From: Prevotella sp.
GTDB taxonomy: Bacteria > Bacteroidota > Bacteroidia > Bacteroidales > Dysgonomonadaceae
Reading direction: 5' to 3'
Length of the DNA: 64,000 nucleotides
NCBI GenBank assembly: GCA_031285625.1
Contig: JAITVV010000070.1
Span: forward strand, 41,532 to 105,531
The notes under the pieces were generated by a model. It was not told the origin of the DNA. It did no database searches and was given only the letters and a program-made list of their open reading frames with translations. How positions within the stretch are numbered: position 1 is the stretch's first letter; each line of letters starts with the position of its first letter. Shown here piece after piece: positions 30,630-40,998 of the stretch. Made by a program: the position numbers and the translations under genes.

Positions 30630-31925
30630 TTAATCAATAAAATCTACTGTTTCTTCTCCAATCATTTTGCGAAGTGTATTTTTTAGCTTCACGTATTGGA
30701 TAAACAGGTCATGTTCTGCTATCTTGCTTGGTTCATGCATTGGGCTCTTGAAGTAGAATGACAGCCAATCCTGGATTCCACTCATACCTGCACGCTTAGC
30801 TAAGTCTGAGAATAACACAAGGTCAAGGCAAAGAGGTGCAGCAAGAATTGAGTCTTTACAAAGGAAGTCTACTTTCATTTGCATTTTATAGCCTAACCAG
30901 CCGAAAAGGTCGATATTATCCCATCCTTCTTTATCGTCATTGCGAGGAGGGTAATAATTGATACGAACCTTGTGGTAAACATTACCGTAAAGTTCCGGAT
31001 ATAATTCTGGCTGAAGAATATTATCAATAACCGAAAGTTTTGATTCTTCTTTAGTTTTGAATGAACCCGGATCGTCAAGTACTTCTCCGTCACGATTACC
31101 AAGAATATTGGTAGAGAACCATCCGTTAAGACCAAGCATACGAGTCTTGAACATAGGAGACAGTACTGTCTTCAACATTGTCTGGCCTGTTTTGAAGTCT
31201 TTTCCGCAAATCGGAGTCTGAGTTTTAGCAGCAAGTTCCCACATAGCAGGAATATCAACTGTCAGGTTAGGTGCGCCATTGATATATGGGATACCCATAG
31301 ATACCACTGCATATGCATAAACGTTTGAAGGAGCGATATCTTTATGATTTTCCTTCATACCCTTTTCTAAGGCAGCAAGCGACTTGTGAACTTCTCCAAG
31401 TGGTGTAAATACTTCTGTACTACCGCACCAGATAACCACGATACGGTCGCAATTATTTTCTTTCTTGAAATTTTCGATGTCTTGTTTTACCTGTTCCATC
31501 AAATCCCATTTTGTAGGAGCCGATTTCACCCATGTGCCATGAAGACGCTTAACAAAGTCCTGATCGAAAACAGCTTTCATTGGCTTGATAGCTTCCATTT
31601 CGTCTTTTACTTTGTCCAAATCATCTCTTGTTAAAACATCAGCATGTTTTGCAGCTTCGTAAGCATTTTCTTCAAAGATATCCCATCCTCCGAAAACAAC
31701 ATCCTTTAGATCTGCTAAAGGCACTGCATCCTTAATTTTAGGGAAGCGGTTTTCTTCTCTTTTCCCTAAACGCATTGTAGCCAATTGAGTAATTGACCCT
31801 ACAGGAACCCCTTGTCCTTTACGTGTTAATAACGTTCCTGCCATGAATGTTGTAGCAACCGCTCCAACACCAATTGTTAGAATACCAAGTTTACCCTTGG
31901 CTTCTTTCACTTGTACTTTTTCCAT
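30630..31925 (-). CDS. ino1: myo-Inositol-1-phosphate synthase
   Basis: Motifs WCGSTE, NGAPN, GKDFKTGQT, NILGNRDG, DSILAAP and FYFKSP. Confidence 0.93.
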   Translation of the reverse strand: MEKVQVKEAKGKLGILTIGVGAVATTFMAGTLLTRKGQGVPVGSITQLATMRLGKREENRFPKIKDAVPLADLKDVVFGGWDIFEENAYEAAKHADVLTRDDLDKVKDEMEAIKPMKAVFDQDFVKRLHGTWVKSAPTKWDLMEQVKQDIENFKKENNCDRIVVIWCGSTEVFTPLGEVHKSLAALEKGMKENHKDIAPSNVYAYAVVSMGIPYINGAPNLTVDIPAMWELAAKTQTPICGKDFKTGQTMLKTVLSPMFKTRMLGLNGWFSTNILGNRDGEVLDDPGSFKTKEESKLSVIDNILQPELYPELYGNVYHKVRINYYPPRNDDKEGWDNIDLFGWLGYKMQMKVDFLCKDSILAAPLCLDLVLFSDLAKRAGMSGIQDWLSFYFKSPMHEPSKIAEHDLFIQYVKLKNTLRKMIGEETVDFID

Positions 31926-32190
31926 TTTGTTAATTTAATTTTAAAATACACTGCAACCCGCAGCAATCCTTTAAACTGGAGATCTTACTTCATCGGGATA
32001 TTATCTCCTTCATCCATAAAACCCTATATAATAGTATAGCTTCAGTGAAAATCTGTTTTATTTTATTCTCCCAACCCGGGCTTTTCTACCATACAAACGG
32101 CATCCATTATTAAAACAAATAGTCATTCTGACTCTACAATATTATCAAAGTATCCAAGTAAGGTCGTTAGACCTTTTCATTACTTTTCTT

Positions 32191-32916
32191 TCAATCTAAT
32201 TGAAAGGCAGCCTTCAACTCCATGAAGTCTGTTATGATCAGATCCGCAGTCGCATCTTCATCGTCGTCGCCCCATCCGAGCCCTTTAAGCCAGATAGTCT
32301 GACAACCATTCTTCGATGCAGGAACAATGTCCTTTGTATAAGAATCTCCAATAACCACTATTGAAGAACCTGGTAAGCCCAGCTTATCCACTCCTAATCC
32401 AAATATAGCAGGATCAGGCTTTCTTACACCCACAACGGCTGACTCTATAATATCATCAAAGTATTCAAGTAATCCAAAATCGCTAATCACAGCTTGTACA
32501 TTTCCGTAGAAATTTGAAACCAATACCATTGGATAACGATTTTTAAGTGCAGTAAGCAAACTTTTCTCCTTACTTATCAAATTCCTGACAAAGTTATAAC
32601 ATTGATCGGAAATAGCAATACTAAAATTAATTGATATGTCGTTTTTAGTTAAAAAGCCTTTCTCTATCAAGTAATTGATTTGTAAATCGACTTTCTTTTT
32701 GAGTAGAATATGAAAATTGTCTTCCGGAAGTATGACAAGATTTGTTGCCAGATAACGCTCTGCATATACATAAGCTTCGCGAAACTGCTCTTTGGTCACT
32801 GGCACTTTCTGATCTTGGTATGATTCCCACAATACTTCAGCCCAGTGTTTACCATTACTGTCAATGGTTCCTCCGTAGTCGAAGATTATACCCTTTACTT
32901 TTGCTAAGTCAAACAT
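32191..32916 (-). CDS. HAD-superfamily hydrolase
   Basis: Motifs IIFDYGGTID, VSN, RKPDP and IGDS. Confidence 0.85.
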   Translation of the reverse strand: MFDLAKVKGIIFDYGGTIDSNGKHWAEVLWESYQDQKVPVTKEQFREAYVYAERYLATNLVILPEDNFHILLKKKVDLQINYLIEKGFLTKNDISINFSIAISDQCYNFVRNLISKEKSLLTALKNRYPMVLVSNFYGNVQAVISDFGLLEYFDDIIESAVVGVRKPDPAIFGLGVDKLGLPGSSIVVIGDSYTKDIVPASKNGCQTIWLKGLGWGDDDEDATADLIITDFMELKAAFQLD

Positions 32917-32982
32917 AATAATTATTTAGTTTCAGTTGGCAAAACTATTACTTTTTATTGAAATGCCATATTGGATTTGAAA

Positions 32983-33468
32983 TTATATATACTTTTCCAT
33001 CATACAAACCTGAAAGGGCAGATGTTCAAAAGTTTTTATAGCGGATGTCTTATAACCTTGTTTGCTATACCATTCTTTGAGTCTGGTATTAGATTCGATC
33101 AATCCTATAGATATACGTTTCCCATCGAGTTCTTTTATTCTATTTGATGCAAAATCCATTAATTCCAGGCCAATACCTAAATGCCTCTGAGTAGGAATTA
33201 CAGCCAGTTTTTCGATATAGAATGTACCCAGTGTGCTTAATGATCTTTCTATTGCAATGAATCCCAGACTTTCATTATTATCTTCATAAACATAAAACTC
33301 TCTGTTCTCAGTTAATTGGGATTTGAGTTCATCGCAGGTAATAAAAGCATTATTGGTTGGACTGTTTTCTTTTGTTAACCCAAACTCTTGTGCTATTGTA
33401 GCGAAAGCATTATTCAATAGATGTGTTAACGCTGCAAAATCATCAGATATATCAATTTTCCTAATCAT
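32983..33468 (-). CDS. GNAT-family acetyltransferase
   Basis: Motif A LAVIPTQRHLGIG. Likely start MIRKID at 33468, overlapping the upstream stop codon; the track start is 33522. Confidence 0.8.
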   Translation of the reverse strand: MIRKIDISDDFAALTHLLNNAFATIAQEFGLTKENSPTNNAFITCDELKSQLTENREFYVYEDNNESLGFIAIERSLSTLGTFYIEKLAVIPTQRHLGIGLELMDFASNRIKELDGKRISIGLIESNTRLKEWYSKQGYKTSAIKTFEHLPFQVCMMEKYI

Positions 33469-34384
33469 TATCGTATTTACCACCTTTGATATCAATAATG
33501 AACTGTTTACAGATCTTCTCATGTCTGGTTACCATGTAGACAAGTAAAATATTCAGAACAGTCAACTCGAATACAAAGTATAACCATGGCCAGCCGATCA
33601 GTATTGATATAAAGAGTGCAATAGCTCTGGTATTAAACGAAAGAATATTGGTATATTTCATCAAAGGAAGGCTTTTCACTCTAAAGTCTTTTCTAAATGA
33701 CTCTGGCGCTACCTCTCCAAATTTCTCTTTGAGTATCTTGAATAATATCTGAAGCTTTGGTGATCTGTTTTCCTGATCAGTAGTGTAATTCCGGTAAAAG
33801 AATACAACTAATTTCCCCCAGAAATTCTTTTTCCATGACAGCTCTTTGAATTTAACAGTCAATTCTACAGAATTGTCTAGTTCACTGCCTGATTTTCCTT
33901 TCAGAAACAATAAATGTACATTCCGGTAATAATCGGCCATTTCAGCCTGCTTAGAGTGAAAATAACCTGTTACGCAAGCCAGAACCCAAATCCAACCTCC
34001 CCATTCAGGATAGAGACGAAGACAAATAGCTATATAAATAGCACCAAACCATAAATTCCCAGCAAAGCCGTCTAATACACGCCCCAATGCCGAAAATTGC
34101 TTGGTCATACGAGCAAGCTGTCCGTCAGCACTGTCATAGGAATTAGCCCAAACTAATAGGAATATACCTAAGATAGAGATCCAGATATTATCAAAATAAA
34201 AACAAACTCCGGCACCGATTCCTAAGAATATGCTGGCTATTGTCACAGTATTAGGTGTAACACCCAGTTTCTGGAATAAGAGTGCCCAACGATATCCAAT
34301 CGGCCGGTAGAAATGTATGTCTATAAATTCCTCTGTATCTGTAGATTTAAGTGTAGACTCAAGTGAGGGTTGCTTATTCTCCAT
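33461..34384 (-). CDS. CDP-alcohol phosphatidyltransferase
   Basis: TPNTVT and the signature DSADGQLARMTKQFSALGRVLDG. Confidence 0.9.
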   Translation of the reverse strand: MENKQPSLESTLKSTDTEEFIDIHFYRPIGYRWALLFQKLGVTPNTVTIASIFLGIGAGVCFYFDNIWISILGIFLLVWANSYDSADGQLARMTKQFSALGRVLDGFAGNLWFGAIYIAICLRLYPEWGGWIWVLACVTGYFHSKQAEMADYYRNVHLLFLKGKSGSELDNSVELTVKFKELSWKKNFWGKLVVFFYRNYTTDQENRSPKLQILFKILKEKFGEVAPESFRKDFRVKSLPLMKYTNILSFNTRAIALFISILIGWPWLYFVFELTVLNILLVYMVTRHEKICKQFIIDIKGGKYDND

Positions 34385-34404
34385 TTATTACCTGATTACA
34401 AATC

Positions 34405-35268
34405 TTATTTATCCTTTATAATTTGTTTATGAATGCATTCTGCAATTTTCGGGGCTGCTTCGTCTCTGCACGGAGCAAAGCTGGGCCAGTCATTGAAGTC
34501 GATAATCTTAAAAGAACCATCTTCTGCAACAACACAGTCTCCACCATAGACTTTCACATCCAGTATTTCCCCTGCTTTATCACAAGCTTTCTTCAAGCTT
34601 TCCACATCGAAGGGAAACTGGTGTGCCTCACCATTGATCTTTTCAAGACCAAATTTACTATGGCTTAAATCAAAAGGGTAGAACCAATAAAAAAAGTCGG
34701 TATCAGCTACACCATAGAATTTTACTAAATCGCCAACCAGGTGTTCGTTGATAACTGCATTTGGAATATCACGCAGTGAGAATTCTTTCAATATCGATTT
34801 TACTTCAGGAATATTACGTGCATAGGTTACATCTTCGCGATGAATTGCATGAGAGTCTCCCCTCTTAATCCAGAATGCTTCTGCACCCATCTCTATTAAG
34901 CCTTGTGTAGGATCATCAGCTACATCGATAATGATACTAGCCGGATATGGTATATTGTTTTCAAGCAACATACGTGTCATTGCTTCGCGTGTGCAGTTTT
35001 CGATACCTGTTCCCGGATTAATTATTATAGCCCCTTCTTTTTCGCGTTGTTTCAATCGCTTAATGGTCGTTTTATCACGAGCCATATTGAAAATATACTT
35101 TTCTTTCTCTTCACTTAAAACAAATTCCGCTTCGGTATATTCTCTTACTTCATAATCCATATTTCTAAGGCATTCAGCTGTAAGGCTGAATATCATGCCA
35201 TCATTACCAATATGGTTGGGAGAATACTTTGTTTTTCTCTTTATTCCTGCAACTTTTATTTTCGACAT
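34405..35268 (-). CDS. ATP-grasp-fold protein, possibly ITPK1-like
   Basis: Motifs IPYP, FWIKR, INEHL, VKFY, YGGD and IIDFNDWPSF follow the ATP-grasp pattern. Confidence 0.6.
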   Translation of the reverse strand: MSKIKVAGIKRKTKYSPNHIGNDGMIFSLTAECLRNMDYEVREYTEAEFVLSEEKEKYIFNMARDKTTIKRLKQREKEGAIIINPGTGIENCTREAMTRMLLENNIPYPASIIIDVADDPTQGLIEMGAEAFWIKRGDSHAIHREDVTYARNIPEVKSILKEFSLRDIPNAVINEHLVGDLVKFYGVADTDFFYWFYPFDLSHSKFGLEKINGEAHQFPFDVESLKKACDKAGEILDVKVYGGDCVVAEDGSFKIIDFNDWPSFAPCRDEAAPKIAECIHKQIIKDK

Positions 35269-35294
35269 ATTGTTTAGAGATCCCCTTCTCCTAT

Positions 35295-35990
35295 TTAGTT
35301 ATTTATAAAATATTCTGCCTTCTTTATATCTTCTGCATGGTCCACATCTACTATTTTTGCAAATGGATATGCCTTTAATTGCAGTTTATCTGCAACTAGT
35401 TGACGTTGGAAATTCCGCATTCGAGATTGTCCTGATTCCAAACAGGATTCTAAAGTATCAATTGCTTTAGGTGTTAATCCATAAATTCCGCCCGAAATAT
35501 ATTTACTGTTTTCCGACTGATCTAGAAAACCTGTTATCGTCATCGTTTCATCAACGTCAACATATAATGGTTTCTCATCATCTATAAAGTCTGTGACAGC
35601 CATCATACCGTCACTTTCCGAATCATTTATGAATGATTGGATATATCTTGAAAATTCCTCTTCTTTAAAAATTGTGTCTACCGTTGTCAAGCAAAATTTA
35701 CCATCTCTGAGAAAATTGCGAAGTTCAAAAAAGCTATGCATAGAACTGGGGGTGGACTTTACCACAACATTAAATGGCACATCCAGTTTCAGATTAGATA
35801 TGTAGTCTTGTACCTGTACCATTTCTTCATTTACAATAATACTGATCGAAGTAGCATCATTTTTCAGAAAAATATCTATCAACCGGCGAATCATTTCTGT
35901 ACCGTTAAGCTTCACCAAAGGCTTTGGCAAAGTAACACCTTCTTGAGCAAGTCTGGACCCTTCTCCGGCTGCTATAATAGCATAATTCAT
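35295..35990 (-). CDS. NTP-transferase, probable inositol-1-phosphate cytidylyltransferase-like
   Basis: AIIAAGEGSRL...PKPL signature; located in the ino1 cluster. Confidence 0.8.
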   Translation of the reverse strand: MNYAIIAAGEGSRLAQEGVTLPKPLVKLNGTEMIRRLIDIFLKNDATSISIIVNEEMVQVQDYISNLKLDVPFNVVVKSTPSSMHSFFELRNFLRDGKFCLTTVDTIFKEEEFSRYIQSFINDSESDGMMAVTDFIDDEKPLYVDVDETMTITGFLDQSENSKYISGGIYGLTPKAIDTLESCLESGQSRMRNFQRQLVADKLQLKAYPFAKIVDVDHAEDIKKAEYFINN

Positions 35991-36023
35991 ATATTTTAAC
36001 TATTTTTTAACTAAATAAAGCGA

Positions 36024-37106
36024 CTACTCATCTTCTTTAGTTAGATCTATATTTTCATCCCCACCTCTTTCCACATATAACTTCTTCAATGGATTGGCAA
36101 ACGCTTTATCATATTCTTTCCTGTTCTCGAAAGTATCGATAGCCATATATATAGCTTGGCGAAACGATTCTTCAGAAGCTTTATTTTGTCCTGCTATATC
36201 GTATGCGGTACCGTGTGCAGGAGATGTGCGTATAATAGGCAATCCGGCTGTAAAGTTTACCCCGTCTTCCATTGCCAGTGTTTTGAATGGAGCCAGCCCC
36301 TGATCGTGATACATTGCCAAAATACCATCAAACCGGGAGAATTCACCTGAACCAAAGAATCCATCGGCAGAATAAGGTCCGAAACAAAGGATTTTTTTAT
36401 CCTGTAATTCCCTAAGGGCCGGAGTAATAATCTCGTTCTCCTCATTTCCCAACAATCCGTTTTCACCGGCATGAGGATTTAAGGATAAAACGGCAATACG
36501 TGGTTTCCCTATCCGGAAATCACGTTTGAGGCTTTTTTCAAAACGTATTGCTGTCTCTATAATTTTTTCTTTTGTTAAAGACTTTGGCACTTCGGATAAA
36601 GGAATATGTCCCGTGACCAGTGCAATGCGTAACGAATCTTTCACAAGAATCATCAGGCTTTTGTCACCATCTTTGCCAAAACGTTCCTCCAAATATTCGG
36701 TATGTCCCGGAAAGTGAAAATCTTCGCGTTGGATATTATGTTTATTTATAGGAGCTGTAACAAGTACATCTATAATTTCATTTTTGAGGTCTGCAACAGC
36801 TTTTTCTAAAGACTGATAAGCAGCCTCACCCGCAACAGGTGTAGACTGTCCAAGTTCAACCTTAGTTTCCTCATTAATGCAATTTACAATGTTTACTTTA
36901 TTTATTGTCGCATCTTTTGCATTACTTATCTGGTTGAAAACTACGGTTTGTAGTTCCATTGCTTTACGATGGTAGGCAGCAACTTTTGCTGAACCATATA
37001 TAACAGGAATACATATTTCAGCCATGCGGATATCCGCAAAGGTTTTAAGGATAACTTCGTATCCTATACCGTTTATATCACCTTGTGTAATTCCTACTTT
37101 TATCAT
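36024..37106 (-). CDS. pdxA: 4-Hydroxythreonine-4-phosphate dehydrogenase
   Basis: Motifs GDINGIG, GHTE, LNPHAGE, MYHDQG and RTSPAHGTAYDIAG. Confidence 0.95.
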   Translation of the reverse strand: MIKVGITQGDINGIGYEVILKTFADIRMAEICIPVIYGSAKVAAYHRKAMELQTVVFNQISNAKDATINKVNIVNCINEETKVELGQSTPVAGEAAYQSLEKAVADLKNEIIDVLVTAPINKHNIQREDFHFPGHTEYLEERFGKDGDKSLMILVKDSLRIALVTGHIPLSEVPKSLTKEKIIETAIRFEKSLKRDFRIGKPRIAVLSLNPHAGENGLLGNEENEIITPALRELQDKKILCFGPYSADGFFGSGEFSRFDGILAMYHDQGLAPFKTLAMEDGVNFTAGLPIIRTSPAHGTAYDIAGQNKASEESFRQAIYMAIDTFENRKEYDKAFANPLKKLYVERGGDENIDLTKEDE

Positions 37107-37124
37107 AGTCTTTTGTTTCTTATA

Positions 37125-38159
37125 TCAATCCTTTACTTCCTTACTTTTCATTGTCGACAACATGCCACATGCTGCAAAAATATCTTCTCCCCGTGAAGCA
37201 CGTATCGTACTGGTAACACCTTTACTAGTCAGATAATCACGGAAAGCTTCCATTTTTTCCTTCGTTGATGTTTTCAGATCAACATTAGGGATTGCATGAA
37301 AACGGATAAGGTTTACCCTACACTCGATTCCCCGAAGCATCTGTGCTAATTCTTTAGCATGCACCAAAGAATCATTAAAATTATCAAACATTATATATTC
37401 GAAAGACAACCGCCGTTGCTTTGTCCAGTCATATTGTCTTAGTAAATCCATCACCCCGAGTATTGGGAATGCCTTTTCGGCAGGCATAATAGATAGACGC
37501 TGTTCTTTTTCGGGGCTGTGGATACTGATTGCCAGATGTGCATTACTCTCATCCAAAAAACGTTTCAATTTAGGGGTAACCCCTGTTGTCGAAACTGTTA
37601 TCCGTTTTGGACTCCATGCCATGCCATAGTCGGCAGTCATTATATCGAGTGTCTTTTTTAGTTCTTCGTAATTATCCAGAGGCTCACCCATTCCCATGAA
37701 AACTACATTGGTCAACTTCTCGGCCTCACGAACCGAATAGAGCTGATTTAAAATTTCATTGGCTGTCAGATTTCCATTAAATCCTTGCTTTCCTGTCATA
37801 CAGAACAAACAATTCATTTTACAGCCCACTTGTGAAGACACACAAAGCGTTGCCCTGTCATCTTCAGGTATCATAACGGCTTCGATAAGTTTATCTTTTT
37901 CCGTTTTGAATAAGTATTTTACTGTACCATCTACCGATTGTTGAAACTCAAGTGGATTATATCTGCCCACATCATATTTCTCGGCTAACAGTGCTCTGTT
38001 AGCTACAGAAATATTTGTCATTTCATCAATTGATGATACACCCTTTTTATATACCCAATCAGCAATCTGCTTTGCAGCAAATCTGGGTAAACCACACTCA
38101 CCTGTAACACCATAGAACTCATCTATAGTCATTCCGAGTAAGTGCTTTTTCTCTGTCAT
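37125..38159 (-). CDS. rlmN: 23S rRNA m2A2503 methyltransferase (radical SAM)
   Basis: Motifs SSQVGCKMNCLFC, MGMGEP and DIFAACGML. Confidence 0.95.
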   Translation of the reverse strand: MTEKKHLLGMTIDEFYGVTGECGLPRFAAKQIADWVYKKGVSSIDEMTNISVANRALLAEKYDVGRYNPLEFQQSVDGTVKYLFKTEKDKLIEAVMIPEDDRATLCVSSQVGCKMNCLFCMTGKQGFNGNLTANEILNQLYSVREAEKLTNVVFMGMGEPLDNYEELKKTLDIMTADYGMAWSPKRITVSTTGVTPKLKRFLDESNAHLAISIHSPEKEQRLSIMPAEKAFPILGVMDLLRQYDWTKQRRLSFEYIMFDNFNDSLVHAKELAQMLRGIECRVNLIRFHAIPNVDLKTSTKEKMEAFRDYLTSKGVTSTIRASRGEDIFAACGMLSTMKSKEVKD

Positions 38160-38220
38160 ATGTTGTAATAGCTATTAGCTGATAGCCGCTAGAAACTAAC
38201 GGCTAAAAGCTAATGGTTTA

Positions 38221-39567
38221 TTATATTCTTTTCTTAATCTCTGCACTCTCTTTTTCAAAACCCGGTTTATCAAGAAGAGCAAACATATTTTTCTTATAAG
38301 CTTCTACTCCCGGTTGATCGAATGGATTTACATTCAATATATATCCACTGATACCACACGCTTTTTCGAAGAAATAAAGCAACTGACCAATGCTATACTC
38401 ATCCAGTTTAGGAAGCTCTACTTTAATATTAGGAACACCACCATCTACGTGAGCAATCTGAGTACCAAGTTCCGCCATTTTGTTTACGAAATCGATACGC
38501 TTTCCTGCCAGGAAGTTCAATCCGTCAAGATTTTCCTCATCTGTTGGAACTGTCAATGTCTCATTCGGTTGAGCCACAGAAACTACTGTTTCGAAAATTG
38601 AACGCTCACCTTCCTGTATCCATTGCCCCATAGAATGCAGGTCGGCAGTAAAATCTACAGCAGCATTAAAGATGCCTTTGTTTTCTTTACCTTCGCTTTC
38701 ACCATAAAGCTGTTTCCACCATTCTGCTATATAGTGCAATTTAGGGTTGAAGTTAGCTAGGATTTCTATTTTCTTTCCTTTTTTGTATAATTCGTTACGT
38801 GTAACAGCATATATTTCTGCAATGTTTTTTTCGAAAGGAACAGACGGAGCAGTTTCTTTCTCCATATATGCAGCTCCTGCCACCAACTGTTTGATATCAA
38901 TGCCTGCCAAAGCGATAGGAAGTAATCCTACCGGAGTGAGAACTGAATAACGACCACCAACATTATCAGGAATTACATATTTCTTATATCCCTCTTTTGT
39001 AGCTAAAGTAAACAAAGCTCCACGCGCTGCATCTGTAATAGCTACAATACGATGTTTTGCTTCATCCTTCCCAACCGTTTTTTCAAGTTCTGCTTTAAGG
39101 ATACGGAAAGCCAAAGCCGGTTCAGTAGTTGTTCCTGATTTGGATATATTGATAATACCGAAAGATTTGCCTTTTAGGTAAGCTAATAATTCTACAATAT
39201 AATCTTCACCTATATTATTTCCTGCATATAAAATCACAGGATTTTTGCGGTCTTTTTGTAACCAGTCAAATGCATTTGATAATGAATCTATCACTGCTCT
39301 TGAACCAAGATAGCTACCTCCGATACCGACAAGAACGATTACTTCGCATTTTGCCTTCAGTGCAGCAGCTGTATCTTCAATATCTTTAAGTTGTGCATCA
39401 GTAATTGAAGAAGGAAGATTTAACCACCCTAAGAAATCGTTTCCTTTTCCTGAACCATTGTGCAATGCTTCGTTGCTTTTTTTTGCAAGTGCAGCATGAT
39501 TATTAATATCAGTCTGGCTTATAAAGCCTAGTGTTTTGCTAATGTCTAATTTGATAACCTTATCCAT
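38221..39567 (-). CDS. pgi: Glucose-6-phosphate isomerase
   Basis: Motifs [30 protein letters not shown] and DQPGVEAYK. Confidence 0.96.
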   Translation of the reverse strand: MDKVIKLDISKTLGFISQTDINNHAALAKKSNEALHNGSGKGNDFLGWLNLPSSITDAQLKDIEDTAAALKAKCEVIVLVGIGGSYLGSRAVIDSLSNAFDWLQKDRKNPVILYAGNNIGEDYIVELLAYLKGKSFGIINISKSGTTTEPALAFRILKAELEKTVGKDEAKHRIVAITDAARGALFTLATKEGYKKYVIPDNVGGRYSVLTPVGLLPIALAGIDIKQLVAGAAYMEKETAPSVPFEKNIAEIYAVTRNELYKKGKKIEILANFNPKLHYIAEWWKQLYGESEGKENKGIFNAAVDFTADLHSMGQWIQEGERSIFETVVSVAQPNETLTVPTDEENLDGLNFLAGKRIDFVNKMAELGTQIAHVDGGVPNIKVELPKLDEYSIGQLLYFFEKACGISGYILNVNPFDQPGVEAYKKNMFALLDKPGFEKESAEIKKRI

Positions 39568-39598
39568 AACCTTTATTTATTTTAATATTTACTCAATT

Positions 39599-39964
39599 CT
39601 AATCCCATTCTATATCATCCCCTTCTTCTCTTACGATACGATATAATTCATCCTCGTTTTCGATAAGAGATTTGATAATTTCAATAAATTTATCAGCACG
39701 AACTTCATTTTCGGGAGTCAGCTCATAATGTGCAACATACGAACCCGATTCAGGATCACTATCCAGACCTGTTAGTACATCCGGATGATGTTTTGTGAGA
39801 TAATAGTTAAAAAAAGCATCCCAATTATAACCATTCATATAAGCCTCGTCATTAATCTCTTCCATTTTTTGACCTATGGCAAATACTTTATCTGTTTCAT
39901 TCTCAAACCAGACACTTATAGAATTGTATTCTTTACTTATGTTTTTTCTAACGTATTCCTTCAT
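39599..39964 (-). CDS. Imm51-like immunity protein
   Basis: Acidic 121-aa protein with MNGYNW and DSDPE motifs, as recalled for Imm51. Confidence 0.6.
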   Translation of the reverse strand: MKEYVRKNISKEYNSISVWFENETDKVFAIGQKMEEINDEAYMNGYNWDAFFNYYLTKHHPDVLTGLDSDPESGSYVAHYELTPENEVRADKFIEIIKSLIENEDELYRIVREEGDDIEWD

Positions 39965-39966
39965 GC

Positions 39967-40965
39967 TTATTTAAGTATTTGTTCTCTTAATATCTTTATT
40001 TCTTCACGTGCAGGAGAATTTTCATACAGAACGCGATAAACCATATCGGCAATAGGGATATTGATGTTATACTTTTCATTAATTTCCATAATGCATTTGA
40101 TACCGAAATAGCCTTCTGCTATCATTTGCATTTCAATCTGCGCTGCCTTTACTGAATATCCTTTTCCGATCATGGATCCGAATGTACGGTTACGGCTGAA
40201 GCTTGAATAGCTTGTTACAAGGAGGTCCCCAAGATAGGCAGAATCCTGTATACGCCTTTCTATCGGAGAAACAATATCCACGAAACGCTCCATTTCTGAT
40301 ATTGCATTACAAACCAAAACAGCCTGAAAGTTATCGCCATACTTTAATCCATGACAAATACCGGAAGCTATGGCATATACATTTTTCAATACTGCTGCGA
40401 GCTCTATACCTGCAACATCTTCGGATACCGATGCACGTACAAACCTGTTGTTGAAAACCTGTGCAATTGCCTGTGCTTTTTCAATATCTGTGCATGCAAT
40501 AGTGGGGTATGTCAGTCGTTCCAAAGCTATTTCTTCTGCGTGGCAAGGGCCACCTACAATAGCCATATTCTCAGCCGGAACATTATAATATTGACTTAAA
40601 TAATCGGTAACTAATAAATTTTCAGGAGGGATAATTCCTTTTATTGCAGAAATTATAAATTTATCACTGATTCCTGTTTTGAGTTTTTCGAGATGTCCTT
40701 TGAGGAAAGGGGAAGGAACTGCCAGAACCAATGTATCGGATTCTTCTACGACCTGAGTAATATCTGAGTAAAATGTAATTCTGTCCAAATTAAATTCGAC
40801 ATTTGATAAATAAGACGGATTATGTCCCGTTTTCTTAAAATCAACTATCTGTTCGGGGCGACGTATGTACCAGTTGATATGCTTTTCGTGATTAAGCATA
40901 ATTTTGGCTAGCGCAGTAGCCCATGTACCACCTCCTAAAATTGCAATTTTCCCTGGAAAACTCAT
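39967..40965 (-). CDS. gpsA: NAD(P)H-dependent glycerol-3-phosphate dehydrogenase
   Basis: Motifs GGGTWATA, LKNVYAI, GDLLVT and SRN. Confidence 0.95.
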   Translation of the reverse strand: MSFPGKIAILGGGTWATALAKIMLNHEKHINWYIRRPEQIVDFKKTGHNPSYLSNVEFNLDRITFYSDITQVVEESDTLVLAVPSPFLKGHLEKLKTGISDKFIISAIKGIIPPENLLVTDYLSQYYNVPAENMAIVGGPCHAEEIALERLTYPTIACTDIEKAQAIAQVFNNRFVRASVSEDVAGIELAAVLKNVYAIASGICHGLKYGDNFQAVLVCNAISEMERFVDIVSPIERRIQDSAYLGDLLVTSYSSFSRNRTFGSMIGKGYSVKAAQIEMQMIAEGYFGIKCIMEINEKYNINIPIADMVYRVLYENSPAREEIKILREQILK

Positions 40966-40998
40966 GTATTTACAATTTAGTGAAACAATTCCGGGTGA

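Noticed and set aside
31926-32190. Long spacer upstream of ino1 as an ncRNA
   Set aside because: No convincing stable structure or known motif by eye.
38165-38217. gcta/tagc-rich imperfect palindrome between pgi and rlmN
   Set aside because: Short and degenerate; it cannot be told apart from an ordinary weak hairpin.
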